Shown: positions 1-12,970, numbered from the whole stretch's first letter. The stretch: DNA of 57,100 bases, filler included, from Jimgerdemannia flammicorona (GCA_003990765.1; 4 parts of 4 records of this genome joined end to end with filler, not necessarily neighbours in it); one strand, 5' to 3'. Program-made: numbers and translations. Notes: a model not told the origin generated them from the letters alone.

Positions 1-439
1 AAGTGAAAAAAAAAAAAAAAAAAAATTGAGGTTCCGATATGACTAGACTGGTGGCGAGCCTAACGCGCGCCACAAGCACGTTTCGCGGATCTCCCGTCCG
101 TCCGTCGTCGCAGCGCGGAAGCAGATCTTTTTTATTCATTTTTTCTCGATTCCCTTGGTTTCGTTCGATCAGTACGAAAAATGAAAATGGAAATGGGGAG
201 GCCATTCGCACGGGCTCGATAAACATCCGATGGTCAATGCGTCGCAGGGGTGGTAATGCGGCCGTGTGAGTTGTGCGTGATGAATGCATGAACTTTCGGT
301 TTGGGCCATTACAGATTTTCGACCGCCTATGTTATCTGAAATGCGTTAACAGCATTCCCAGCGATTACTTTATGAGGGGTGGGTTTCCGGCAACTCGGTG
401 AAATGCAGGTCAAGGCACGACCCCATGAACACGGAAAGG

Positions 440-542
440 AGCATGCGAAAAAGATAGACATGGGTATGTTAAAAGGTCGATTTTGGTTACAGCATGCGAA
501 AAAGATAGACATGGGTTGTGTTAAAACAGTTCGATTGTGGTT
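440..542. repeat. Imperfect ~51-bp tandem duplication
   Basis: AGCATGCGAAAAAGATAGACATGGGT starts at 440 and again at 491, and each copy is followed by similar TGTTAAAA..TCGATT.TGGTT sequence. Confidence 0.8.
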
Positions 543-1929
543 GTGTTAGATAAGCAACCATACGTTAAGCCTGTTCACATATTCGCGCGGACCTCAACAT
601 AGCTACCCATGCATACCATTAAGAGATTTTGCACCGACCCCAAACCTTTAGTGGAAGTTCTTCCAGAGTAGGCATGTTCCGGAGATTAAGGCTGACACAG
701 CGCGCGGGAGGTTTTTTAATAGCTCAATAGAATAATGGAAGGCCGTTGAAAAAAAAAAAAAAATTTAATCTAGTCGTGCTACGTCGTGGAAATCCAGCTA
801 CATATCGAGCGCCTGCCTACAAACCGGGACTTTGGGCCACCCTCAAAGGCGGACAGAAGAAAATATAAAACGAGATGTTCTCACGAGATATGTCCAAATT
901 ACGATAAAGCGCCACCCCAAATTGTGGATATTCTATTCATAGTTTCGGCATGCCACGTGGTTGCTGTGGTGATGATTACTGAACTGATAAATGCAATATG
1001 TTAATTCATTGCTCCCGATATACTTGCCAATCAACATCAATAAAATGTGAGGGGGAAATCCTCAATCAGCTAGAACCAATGAAGCAGTTGGTTACGGTTG
1101 ATGTTACATTTGAGACTCGAAAGGAATTCACGGGGTTCTTTATATATCTTTAGGTTGCGATCAAGTCGAGGTCGATCATGGTATCGCTAGATATCTATCC
1201 AGTAATTGCATCTATGAACGGATATGACATATATATGCATTGGTATGCATAACGTAAAGCTTGAAAATATCAAAAATAAAATTGAGCGAACCAAATTGCT
1301 GTATCCAAATGATGGAAGTAGGGGACATTCTGATATTCTTGATAATTCTGGTTACAGGGGAGGGACAGTGTGTGCAAGGTGAAGGGAGTAACAATTGTTC
1401 CGTAAGCAAACCCCCTAATTCTTGAGATGACACAACACCAAAGTCACTTGGCACCAATTTCAGTTGCAATCGAGATACCACCATGTAGAATTGATGCAAT
1501 ATCACAAAAGCCGCAAGGCAAATAGCTCTCAGGCTTTTTTCTTCGTGAACTCAAAGCATATACATGGATTCGAAGACTTCCTCAAACATGAAAAATGTAC
1601 ACAACTCGGTCTGTATAAAAACGAACATCTACCAGACCAACAGTTCCAAAGATACTTCGGAAAATCACGCGGGAACGACATATTACGGAACATGTTCAAC
1701 CCGTCCCTGTTCCGGCCCCAGCTCGTGCATGCCAACCCTCGACACTCGACTGTCAGCCAATAATCTCCGTATGCTATACAATATTTTGTTCACAAACCAT
1801 CCAGCCGCTTAATCGATCTGCAAGTGGCGACAGCAAAACGTAAATACAAAAATGTCAATGTGATTCAGGCCAAATCCATGTCTGCCGAACCGATCCCATC
1901 CATTAACAAGCACTAAATAGTCATGTAAA

Positions 1930-2095
1930 TTACGGATTTACCATCAAAATCGTCTTCAGTTTTACCACCAGCATCCACTCCTCCTTGGACAAATCATCTC
2001 GGAAGCTTTCTTTCAGCACGTTAATCGAAACACGCGAGATCTGTTCATATGGACGAATCGGGTCGTTAGCGAACAAAGTAATGGGAATGCACTCG

Positions 2096-2126
<31 letters not shown>

Positions 2127-5100
2127 GAACAAGCCCACGTTTCACACTCCAACAACTAAGAACACGTCTTCTGATGCTTCATTCCCAGCCCTTCGACAAA
2201 ACGCACCTTGCTGTAAAGTTCGTCGTTCTCATCAAAATGCCTGCCGTACGTCTTGGGATTCTCGTACACGGCGCACTCGATTCGGATGGCGACACCACCA
2301 CCCGCGGATCCCTTCTTAACAATTTCGACTGCTTTGTGGTTCTGCTCCATGCTGGTCACCTTTCCGAGATAGACGACCTCACGCACCTATTTTGTATGTG
2401 TGGGGAAGGGATTTGTCATCTTATTAGTCACGTGTCATGTGAGTGGAAGTTCTTGTACCCGACAAACCACGAACCTTGGTCTCCGGGTTCGCCTTGACCA
2501 CACAGAGCGGCGTCCCAACGCGCAGCGAGCCCTCGACGACGTCGATACCAATGATGATGGGTTCCTTCTTGTTAAAGACGGCTTGCGGGACCATCTTCAG
2601 GATGCAGGGGAAGACGGCCTGTGGGGCTTGGTCTTTGCGTTTTTGCTCGACGATTTCCTATTGTTGCGGTGAGATGGGACAGGATATGAGATAATGAAGG
2701 AGTCAATGCGATAGAGATCAAGGAAGCTACATAGGGTTGCCAACGAGAAAGGATGTCGATAAGAGTAAAATATAAAACTAAACATCAACTCACCTTATTA
2801 TACGCAGTAAACGCATCAAACAAATGATAAATGATATCGGCCTTAAAGATCTTGATCCCCATTTCCTCCGCCAACTCTTCGGCATCCTTATCAACCTTGA
2901 CATCGAAGCAAAGCATGACTGCGAACTCCTTTGCCTTCTCGAGCATGACAGCTGCGCGCATGATATCCTTCTTGTGGACGGGCCCAATGTTGATACCCGA
3001 AACGGGAATCTTTGAAACCTTGAGGAACTCGAGCAGGGCCTCGAGGGAACCAAGGGTAGAGGCCTGGACGCACACGCCGCGGCCGGTGCGGTCGATGGCG
3101 GACATGAGGTTGGTGAGGTCGGACATGACTTCGTCCTTGAGGTCGTCCTCATCGTCGTCGGGGCCCACGACGAGGAGACGGGACCCGGCGATAGCCTTTT
3201 CGAGGTCTTGCGCAGTGATCTTGATGCCGAGGGCAGCTTTGACAGATTTGTGATGAACGTAGGCGGACTGAAATGAAAAGGATGGAGGTGAATGGTGTTG
3301 AAAACATAAAATAACTTACGACCTTTTAGAAATTAAAATTAATGATAAAAACGAAGCAAAGAACATCCGATAGCCCACCTTGATTCTCAACTCCTTCATC
3401 GGCTGCGGCGTGAGCAACGCCCTAATCGTTGTCACGATCGGCCCATTCAACCCACATAAGACGATCCTATCGCCCTCATGCAGCCACCCATTGACCAACA
3501 CAACATCAATAGTTGTTCCGAGCCCCTCAATAACCTTAACCTCTAGCACGGTACACTCGAGCTCGGTGATATACATGAGCTTATCGCTCATGCGAGTCTG
3601 GGTGAGTTCTACAAGCAGGTTGAGCATATCGGGGATGCCCTCGCCGGTGATGGCTGATGTCGGGACAAGGGAGACATTTTTGGCGAAATTTGTATTCTCG
3701 TAGTAGAGGCACGAGTTGAGACCCTGCTCGGCGAAGGCGAGGATGGTATTCTCAACGCGGGTTTTGAACTCGTTTTGAACGGACTGGGACTGCTTGGCGT
3801 AGGAGGCGAGGAAGCCATTGTCGGCGACGGGTTTCCAGCCGAAAAGACGGTCAATCTAGGGAATATGGAGTGAGTGATGTTAAGAAATTGGACGTCCTAA
3901 AATGACAAACTTATATCTCCGACTGGTTTCATGGCACGATGACACAAAAACAAAACAACAAAAAGAAAGTCCACGTCAAGATCGCGGCACAAACTCTGCA
4001 ACAGACCTTGTTCAAAGCAACAATAAAAGGCGTCTTCCTATCACGGAGCAAACGCAGAGACTCGAGTGTTTGGGGTTCAAGACCGTGCTATCAGAAGAAA
4101 GTTAAAACAAGGTCAATGTCAGCAAAACGCCATCCAGCACGCCCCGGCCTGTAAGAAAACTAAACGTCGAGTATTCACTCATTCACAGAATATCGCAGCT
4201 CCCATTCTTGATAACCCACCATAATATCCACAACCAAAATAGCGATATTACACAGCGAACTACCCCTGCTTCTAAGATTAGTGAAGGACTCGTGACCGGG
4301 TGTATCGATGACGAGCAATCCGGGAAGCTTGAGTTCGGCCACGCGCTTGTCGCCCAGGACCTCGGTCTTGGTCTTGATGGCGTCGACAGGGAAGTAGGTG
4401 GCGCCAATCTGCTGCGTAATACCACCGGCCTCGCCTTCTTGTACGTTGGTTTGACGGATCTTGTCAAGAAGTTTGGTCTGAGGTATTGTAATAGTGACGA
4501 AATGATGTGAGAGAGGATAGTGAATGAGTAAGGTAGTGACAACATTACTAATTTCAATAAGCTTTGTCCAAATAATCGTCGTCCCAACTAAGATTTCAAC
4601 ACACCTTTCCAGTATCGACATGCCCCAAAATACATGCAATCGGGCTCCTCAAGTCATCCTTGGACCTAGCCTTCATAGCTTCCTCGACCCTCTTCTTCCT
4701 CCTCTCCGCCGCCTCCTCTTTCTTCTTTAACGCGGCCTTTTGCGCCACCGATAGCTCCTCCTCGCTCTCATCCGAATCGTCATCATCCGAGTCGCTCTCA
4801 TCCGAATCATCATCGGAATCCGACTCTTCCTCGTCCGATTCTTCCTCAGACTCATCCTCGGACTCGGACTCCGCCTTCTTGGTGGCCCCCTTCTTCGCGG
4901 GCGCGGGCTTCTTAGCAGCAGAGGTCTTTGTCGGTGCGGTACCCTTTGCCGGTGCGGCGCCCTTTGTCGTTGCGGCGCCCTTTGTCGGTGCGGCGCCCTT
5001 TGTCGATGCAGCACCCTTTGTCGGCTTGCCGGGTGCAGACACGTCGCCTTTTGTTGGCTCTGACGTCTCCTTGGCGTCCTCTTTATCCTTGGCGTCCTCT

Positions 5101-5638
5101 TTCTCCTCCTCACTCTCCAGTTCCCAGCTCTCCTTGATATCCTCCTCCCAACTCTCCTTCACGGGTTCTTTTACCTTCTCCCTCCCCTTTGGCAACACAA
5201 TCTCTTCCTCGGTTTCTATTTCCCACTTTTCCTTCTCCTGCGCCTTCGCCTCCTCTTCATCCTTCCTCTTCCTCTCCTCCTCCTCCTTCTGCCTTCTTTC
5301 CGCCTCCTCGTCGTCTTTTTCCTTCTTCTCCTCCGCCGCTGTCTTAGGCGGTCCCTTCTTCTTCTTCGACGCGTATACTACCCGCTTGGGCTTTTTCTCT
5401 TCCACTGCTGCCGTCGCGCTCGCCTCGCCGCCCTCCTTCTTCTGCTCTAGCCCTTCGACCTTGATCCCGGCGTCCAAGAGCTGGCGGAGTCGAAGTTCGT
5501 CGCGCTGCTTCGCCGCAATCTGCGCCTTGGAGAGGAGTTTGCCCTCTTTCTTGAGTTGCTCGCGTTTGAGCTGTAGGGGTTGGGTGAGGTTTGATAAGGT
5601 TACGAAGGAGAGGAAAAGTAGATAGAATTGAGGACATA

Positions 5639-5691
<53 letters not shown>

Positions 5692-7413
5692 TTCGTGCCC
5701 ACATATATCACAATCATCGTCTTCTCTTCCTTGCACGACAAAGTCCCGACTAACCATCTGTTATATCAATCGTTCTATCGGACCCTCCCACTATTAGTAA
5801 AATGAAATTTCATAACAACGAATTTACACGTACCTTGTCCTTTTCCTTCTTCCTCTGCTTGGCCTCCTCGATTCTCCTCTCCGCCTCTTCAATCTTGCGT
5901 TGCTCCTCTTCTATGCGCTTGCGCTCCTCCTCCTCGCGACGCGCCGCCTCTTCCTCAGCCTTGCGTTGTTCTTCAACCAATCTCTATTGATGTTAAGGGC
6001 GAGGGAGAGGAGGTCATTATGTAGATTGAGTAAGTGGAAGAATTGATCGTTTATGATCACCGGGGCGTTGGAAAAAGGATCATGGCCCGACGTTATGTTA
6101 TTGAGTCCAGCCGAATCAACAAGTTCGGGGGAGGAGGAGAAGGGAGTGAAGAGAGATAAACCAACGTCGCCAATACAACGGCTCTCCTTCCAATTGAAAT
6201 CGCCCTCGCCTTACTTCCCGCCACTCCGCGTCTCTCCAAGCACAGCACAACAGGATTATACATACTCTCAACGCCTCTACCGCGGGGCCCCCCTTCTTCC
6301 CCTTCTTCGCCGTCGCTGCCGCCTCCTCTTCCTTCTTCTCGGCCGTCGTTTTCTTCTTCTTCTTTTTATTCTTTTTATTCTTCGCATCCGCGCCATCAGC
6401 CCCCTCATCATCCCCGCCCTCATCATCTTCTTCCTCCTCCTTTTTCTCCTCCTTTTTCTGCTCCTTTGCCGTCGGCTTGACCGCCTCGACCTTCTCCTTC
6501 GACTCCTCCTTCTTCGCTTCAACAGCAGGCGCGGGCGCGGCCAATCCCTGCGCCTGCAACAACGCCTCAAATTCACGCTGCTCTTGTTCCGCCTTTGCTT
6601 TTTTCTCCGCTGTAGCCTTCTTTGCCGCCTCCTTCTTGCGCTCCTTCTCGCGCTCCTTCTTCTCGCGCTCCTTCTCCTTTTTAGACTTGATCTTACCGCC
6701 CACGGCGCCATCGTCATCCGAGAGGCCTATATCGTCCGCATCGTCGGCCGCGGGCACGTCGACCTCCTCCTTGTCCTTCTTAACTCCTTTCTTCGTCTTC
6801 TTGTCCTTCTTCTTGGGCGCCATTGATGCGCCGCCAAACTCGTCTTCCTCCTCGTCCACAGTAGGCGCGGGCACGGCGGCGGGCTGCTCGTCCAGATCTT
6901 CCTCGTCCGCGTACACAATTTTCTCCTTCTCCTTCTTCCCCTTCTTGCCCTTCTTTTCCTTTTTCTTTGGCGCCTCCGCGCTCGCGTCCTCGTCCTCCTC
7001 GCCGTCCGCGTCCACGAGCGTGGGAGCATTGGCCGCGGTTTTATCGTTGTCGTCGTCATCCGATCCAACGACTTTCTTGTCCTTCTTGTCCTTCTTCTTG
7101 TCCTTCTTAGACGCGCGAGAGATCTGCGCCATAAGTGAATCGTCCGCACCGTCATCCATCAGCAGATCAAAGCCGCTCGAATTCCCCGCCACGAGATCGG
7201 GTTCCGGATCGGCGGCCGTGGTGGGGACCGCAGGAACATCGGCGGCAACCTCTTCGTCCCTGGGGGTGGATGGGAGGGATCAGTTATTCAGGATCTAGCG
7301 ACAATGTCACGCTTCCAATTTGTTCGCAAATTCAAAATGACAAAATGGATAAGGGTGTGCTACCAGTAGTTGTCCTGCTGCCTGTTTTTCCCGGCTTTCT
7401 TCTTGGGCCCCAT
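1930..7413 (-). CDS. EIF5B: Eukaryotic translation initiation factor 5B (IF2 homolog), 11 exons
   Basis: Hand-spliced GT-AG exons: 7413-7364, 7259-6266, 5983-5834, 5570-4605, 4477-4220, 4087-4007, 3855-3379, 3267-2794, 2657-2475, 2386-2207, 2040-1930. The product has a long K/E/D-rich N-terminus, then [67 protein letters not shown] and IIYHLFD. Confidence 0.97.
4925..5025 (-). repeat. 18-bp coding minisatellite (PTKGAA-like repeats) in the eIF5B N-terminal region
   Basis: About five CCCTTTGTCGGTGCGGCG-like units, translating as [33 protein letters not shown]. Confidence 0.85.
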
Positions 7414-7514
7414 TTCTTATGGACGAGTAATTCGGTTGGTGAAAAGAAAGCGGGTAGAGTTGGTCTCTATTTAAAGAGTTGCCGAAAGAAAAAGGGCGTT
7501 CAATTTTTCACGAC

Positions 7515-7526
7515 TGACGTCACGTG
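7515..7526. promoter_or_regulatory. CRE-like (TGACGTCA) palindrome overlapping an E-box (CACGTG), upstream of eIF5B
   Basis: TGACGTCACGTG lies about 100 bp 5' of the eIF5B ATG. Motif match only. Confidence 0.35.
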
Positions 7527-7720
7527 CACCAGTTTACGTCAGTTATCCATGCACAATATGCATGCAAGCCTTTCGATTTTGCATTATATGATTTTTATCA
7601 TTAAATATACTAGTTGGTCCACTCATTACATTGTGATGATTATCTGTCGTAAACCTCTAGTTTTTAATACTGGGAAAGGCCGTTATACGTTTGTTAGTTT
7701 CGAACTATCTTGTATATAGC

Positions 7721-7756
7721 ACATTGATCGCTCAACACATTGATCGCTCAACACAT
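7721..7756. repeat. 16-bp tandem duplication at the 3' end of the BTB gene
   Basis: ACATTGATCGCTCAAC twice, followed by ACAT. Confidence 0.85.
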
Positions 7757-8303
7757 CGTCGCAACAGGGTCTCAGATGAACTCATCATGCAACAGGTCCA
7801 CTGATTGACCAGCGTTGATTCCGACTTTGTAGTAATCATCTTCCTGGCCACTCCTTTACAATCCTGGCAATGATTATGATTCATTCCGGTTTTGATACAC
7901 CTCTCCTTCGTCTCCAGTTCCATCGCCACCGACGTGTACACACCCGAATGAAACCTGCAGCTGTCGCCACGTTTGGGGTCGAAGATCTGATCGCAGTTTA
8001 TGCAGGTCGGGAGACGTGCGAAGGGGACACTATAGAAGCTGGCCTCAAGTTCGATTTCGGGCCAGAGCTTGGGGTCAAAAACCTTGAGGCCGCCTTGCTG
8101 GCGCAAGTTTTCGAGGATGTATGGGAAATAAGTGGGATGAAGATAACCGAGTCGACAAGGTTGGGGGTGGAGGGGCCCAAAATGCGGTGGAAGTAGTTGT
8201 TTGGTGTAGAAAGGAGGGTGGAACGGGTGGTAGTGAAATTTCTGCCGCCAACATTGAGGCAGACAATGTCGTCTTTGCCCTTGTCGTCTTTGTTCTTGAA
8301 CAT
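7732..8303 (-). pseudogene. KCTD-type BTB/POZ protein with a C-terminal Cys/His (CHORD/Btk-like) motif, frameshifted
   Basis: IVCLNVGGRNFTTTRSTLL...VIFI is in one frame and PTYFPYILENLR...EIELEASFYSV continues in another. The conserved DRD is missing at the switch (~8135). The tail reads CINCDQIF..CRFHSG..WTCC. Confidence 0.8.
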
Positions 8304-9549
8304 TGGGGGTGAAGCGATGAATGTTGAAATTGGTCTGTGACAGAAAACCCTGTCACAGCACTAACTATAAGTTATATACAAAATTTATAGCCATAATAGC
8401 GTATACTTAAAGAAAAGATCATAATTATAGAGGCCATGTCAGTGCATTCACCATTTCGCAGCTAGTTGTAGAGTATCAAATGGCGCATGGGAGAGAGTAG
8501 GACAAAATTAAAGGATCATCAATTTGGCAGGTTTCTTTTCAAGCCATTAAATTTAGCTTCATAATCAGAGTTCTATATCGGAGTATACTCTGATCTTGGC
8601 TTGATTAGTATCTCATGGACTAATTATTGTAGTATCAGATTAGTATCAGATCCAATGTGCTGCCCTATCTATGACCACGCCGTTTTGGCTAGTCGCTGGC
8701 GGTCAGCATGCTTGTCCACACGGGTTAGAGCACGAGAAGCACTATGTCAAACTCTAAGGTATGGAACGTGTTTGGCCACCCACTTGTGTTTTTATTTATC
8801 TTGTGGAGAATAAAAAAAAAAAAAAAAAGGGAGGGAGCGTATCCATGTCCACTTCTTGACTTATCGGGTTCACACACCCCATTTCGTTTCACATCCGTCG
8901 TTGACTCACTCACTTCACTCCCTCTCTCGCCGTTTGATGAGGATGTTCAAGTAAGCAACGATCATTTCCCCTATCTTGTCCCTCGATTTTTCTAAAATCA
9001 ACCATGACTTTCCTCAGTACCTCCTCTCAAACTGCACCCGGCGACATTTAATTGAGATTGTAGGCGCTGAGCTTGAGACCGTCGCGGTGGATTGAGGCAC
9101 CACCCGTAGCGACGGACTGATGGAAGGGTCAGAAAAAATAAACTAGTAAGTATCAATATTGAAGAGAAACGATGTGTAGACCGTAAATGTCGCAAAGGTA
9201 CTTACGACTAAAATTTGTGCCTATGCCGTTGCTTTGTTGTCATCATTTAGCGGGAATATTAAAGTTACGAAACTAATCGACGGCATAGAAAATAAGAAAT
9301 ACCATTACCGCACCAACTCACCTAAACGGCAACCAGGTGTATCCGGCGACGACCTTTCTGATGTCGTGCTCGCCACCTCTGCGAACCGTTCCGAGTCAAA
9401 CCGCCCTGGGTTGTTGTGTCGAGGAAGGGGAGGGACCGACGGTGGTGAGAGACGCCGCCTGAGCGATAGGGCCGATTTAGAGGTTGAAATGAAGTTCGAA
9501 GGTATTGCATGGGATGGATGCTTACCGGAAGAAGGATTAACCGTATGGG

Positions 9550-9755
9550 CTGCGAGAGCAATTGTTGCAATATTGGGAATAACTAAGCGAAGTGCCCTAG
9601 ACGATGGAAAAGAAGAATTGTATTAAATATTAACAACAATACCTACCTCCTTCATCACTATGTTGACGTACTTGAGTTTGGTCTGTTTCAAGGTCGGCAA
9701 GGTGTCTTCAGGCTCGCCGCACAGTACGGCGAGAGCCTCCTTGCTGGTAGTCCTT
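9550..9755 (-). pseudogene. Cytochrome P450 fragment (J/K helices)
   Basis: KEALAVLCGEPEDTLPTLKQTKLKYVNIVMKE, then a short GT-AG intron, then ALRL (ExxR motif, apparently one base out of phase). No heme-binding Cys motif was found nearby. Confidence 0.65.
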
Positions 9756-9999
9756 GTTCGCGGTGAGATATTAGATGGGCTTGGGTAATTAGGAGGAAGC
9801 GATTGAGCGGTGAATTTCAAAGCGCGAATGCTAAAATTGAAAATCGCAAAGTTGTCCTTGGTATGAAATGCAATAGCGGTAATTTTTCCTAAACATGAAA
9901 TTCAAAGAACCCATCCTCAGCTCCTAATCGCTCAAACTTCCTCATTCGCTTCGATTAACATTAATATCTCTCTCTCGCCATCCTTCCTTGTCCACATTT

Positions 10000-10560
10000 C
10001 CACACTCTTGCAACTCTGCCAACCTAGACACCACGGTATCCATGGAAAGCCAGACAAGCGGATCGCTATTCCAATATTTTCATAAAGCATGCCGTATTAA
10101 AGCAGGACATTTTCCATCTAATTTGGTCTCAGTGTTCAATCCCGGACTGAGGCCATGCATGGTGTTTTCGAGATCTGGATGATAGTTGTCCTCGAAAGCT
10201 TTTCACACAGGATCTCCCACAACTGTAAAAGTCCGTCTGCTCGATATTCACCTGCACTTCGTCGTAATATCTGCTTCCGGATGCGGGCGTTTGTCATTGA
10301 GGGCTGAGGCCAGTAAACGCCACCGCGGATCAGGACATTCCGTAATCCAGCCCTAGTAAAATTTACATATATAGATCTATTGTTACAACCAATTTGATAG
10401 CATGAACTATCACGAACATCCAGAGAATGCATATGGTGCAAAACACATGCCAAATCAAACGCCATCTTTATCCTTATTGGCCATGGTAGCGAAATGTTCT
10501 TCACGTCCCAGAAGTCGTGCATATTCCCCTCTCTGCAAACTCCAGGACAATTTTGTATTG
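10000..10560 (-). pseudogene. Degenerate tyrosine-kinase-like (TKL) protein kinase
   Basis: IVLEFAERG/NMHDFWD..LPWPIRIKMAFDLACVLHHMHSL (hinge to subdomain VIa, frameshifted), LWEILCEK (IX) and CPALIRHAL*KYWNSDP...SMDTVVSRL (XI). No intact HRD or DFG. Confidence 0.7.
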
Positions 10561-10957
10561 CGTTTGCATATGAATATAAATATATATATATTCATAGGTG
10601 TCGATAATAGATCTCTTTCTAAAATAACACCGAAAAGATGACTTCTTTTAATACCACATAATCTGCATGCACCCGTATGCTGCTGCACAGAGTGCTGGGC
10701 TTCTGCACCTCGTCGGATCATTTGCACCTATCGGTTACAGGTTCCGAACATTTTACTACTTCAGGTGGCTGCAATGCAAGTCTGGCATTGTGATTGCAAT
10801 GCCGCGGTTTTCGGAACGGAACACTAGTTGCTAATTGGTTGGCCTCCCGTTCCGCATGGTTGCTGACATCTGGAATGTTGTCGACTTTGATCACGCTTAA
10901 GAATATATTTATGGATGAACCAGTTGGTCCTGGCTGCATCCAGCCTGTCAGCACGAG

Positions 10958-11013
<56 letters not shown>

Positions 11014-11451
11014 CAGATTTTGCTCACACTGTTGTTTCAACTTCCGGAGTGTTGAAGGCTTGCCCGGCTTGATAGTAAATTTGGACGTTTAGTTCACAAT
11101 CCAAGTTTCGATTGAAGGACCGTACTACACGATGAAGGACATGGAGAACTTGGCATTAACGGTTTTTCAGATGCGACATAGGTTTTTATCGTAGGCTAGC
11201 ACATTTGCGTTGTTTCATTTTTATTGGTCTGTGTTGCATGCACACTCGGAGCCCCACAGTTTTATTCATACATTGATTGGCTGAATATAAAGACTGCTTT
11301 CTGAAAATTACCCCATAAGCGTGGTATTTGTATTTGCCACTCCCGCCAATTTCACGGTGCCACCTGGAAACGTGACCGAGCAAGCCACCGTCCTTGTCAC
11401 AAACATTCGGACTCAGCCACGCGTTTCACGCACCACTGCAGCGTACACACC

Positions 11452-12970
11452 ATGGTCCTGTATTTCACCAGCAATGGTACGGTGCTTGAAAATAAACAAC
11501 ACCTCGTTTTCTTGCTTGTAGAGTGGAAGGTCTTACACCATTCATCTGTCCCCCCAGTTGTCAACCCGCCCGCCACTATCTACATGGGCAAGGACAAGTT
11601 CGAAAGTGAGTGTTGGGTCGAAGGTGACTGGATGCGTGCGCTGGAAAGTTCCATTGAAGTTTGTCGATATGGCTTGCTTTACGATCCTGACTAATTTGGC
11701 ATCGTTTGTGGAATGCATAATAGACGAGGATCTTATCAAGTATGGGTTCCCCGAGGACGTTTGGTAAGCGCCATTTGCCCATTGTCATCCTCTAGAACCG
11801 TTAATCATTTTGGAATTTTCCCTACACTAACTTAACCTTCCAACATCCCCCATTATCTAGGGTACGCCACTTTATCCGAAATATTATCCTCCTCCCAAAG
11901 CTCTAAACGCCCTCTACGCCACTTTCAATCTCACGGATACCCTGTGCATCTCCCCCCACACCTCGTACCCGCAGTTTCACGTTGATAAGCTCTCAAGCGC
12001 CCACGTCTACCTCCGCCTCCAGCCGGGCCAGGATTGGGCCGAGATCCCCGAAGAGCTGCTCGTGGATTGCGCGCAATTAGTCAAGTCGAACAGTATCGAT
12101 GGTAGGTCTCAGGACGCCGTGGGACTCTGTTGTGCACGACGGTGGCATGTTGAACCAGTTGGGGTTTCCAAACACGCACATATAATACCAATTTGATAGG
12201 AATAGCTGGCCTTTTTAAAAATTTTCACCTCTCACGTGCCAGGCAACAAGAAAAACAACATAGCGATTGTTTACACGCCGTGGGACAACCTCAAGAAGAC
12301 GGCAGGGATGGAAACGGGGCAGGTGTCGTTCCACAAACTGGATAAGGTGGGTTCAGGTTGGATACTGGGCAGATCGATGGCGAGGCTATTCGTGGCTTGA
12401 TTGTGAACGTGGTCAATCGGCTGTAACAACGAATAATTTGCCGTACTTAACATTGGATAGGGCGCCGGAAATATAGAGAGTTATTATGTATTACCGGCTG
12501 CTTTCCTCACATTGGTATATTTCTCGTGGTAATAACAATAGGTCAAACGCATCCACGTCGAGACACGCGTCAACGCGATTGTGAACCGCCTCAACAAGAC
12601 CAAGGAGGAGCGCGAGCCCGACTTGGCGGCGGAAAAATTGGCGCGGGACAAGAAGGACCGACTCCAGAGCCGGCAGGCGGAGTTCAGCAAGGTGGGTTGG
12701 AGGTGGAAAGTGCGGTCATGGATGGCGAGATGGTTTGTCTTGAATCACATATTACGCGAAGCGTTTTCCCTAATTCGATTTCTTTTCGCACCGTGTTCCG
12801 TGGGTCGTGGTGGATGAACGTTTTAGCGGGCGGAGGAGGAGAGACAGGCCGAGCAGAAGCGGAAGGCGAAGAAGCAGGTGGATGATTTCTTCAGTGAGAT
12901 TAACATGAAGAGCAATTGGCGGGACAAGGAGGTGGAGAATGTGGCAGAGTACGAGGAGGATTTCATGTAA
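11452..12970 (+). CDS. CCDC25: CCDC25/Jlp2 family (NFACT-R domain) protein, 8 exons including a 1-nt exon
   Basis: Exons 11452-11476, 11558-11605, 11724-11763, 11861, 11975-12101, 12243-12346, 12542-12691, 12827-12970. They give [91 protein letters not shown]. Confidence 0.93.

Noticed and set aside
786..1812. Short ORFs downstream of eIF5B
   Set aside because: No recognisable domain, splice pattern or codon bias that I could support.
4660..7298. Long plus-strand ORFs (321, 257 and 273 aa) rich in S/F/L
   Set aside because: Antisense shadows of the low-complexity K/E/D exons of eIF5B.
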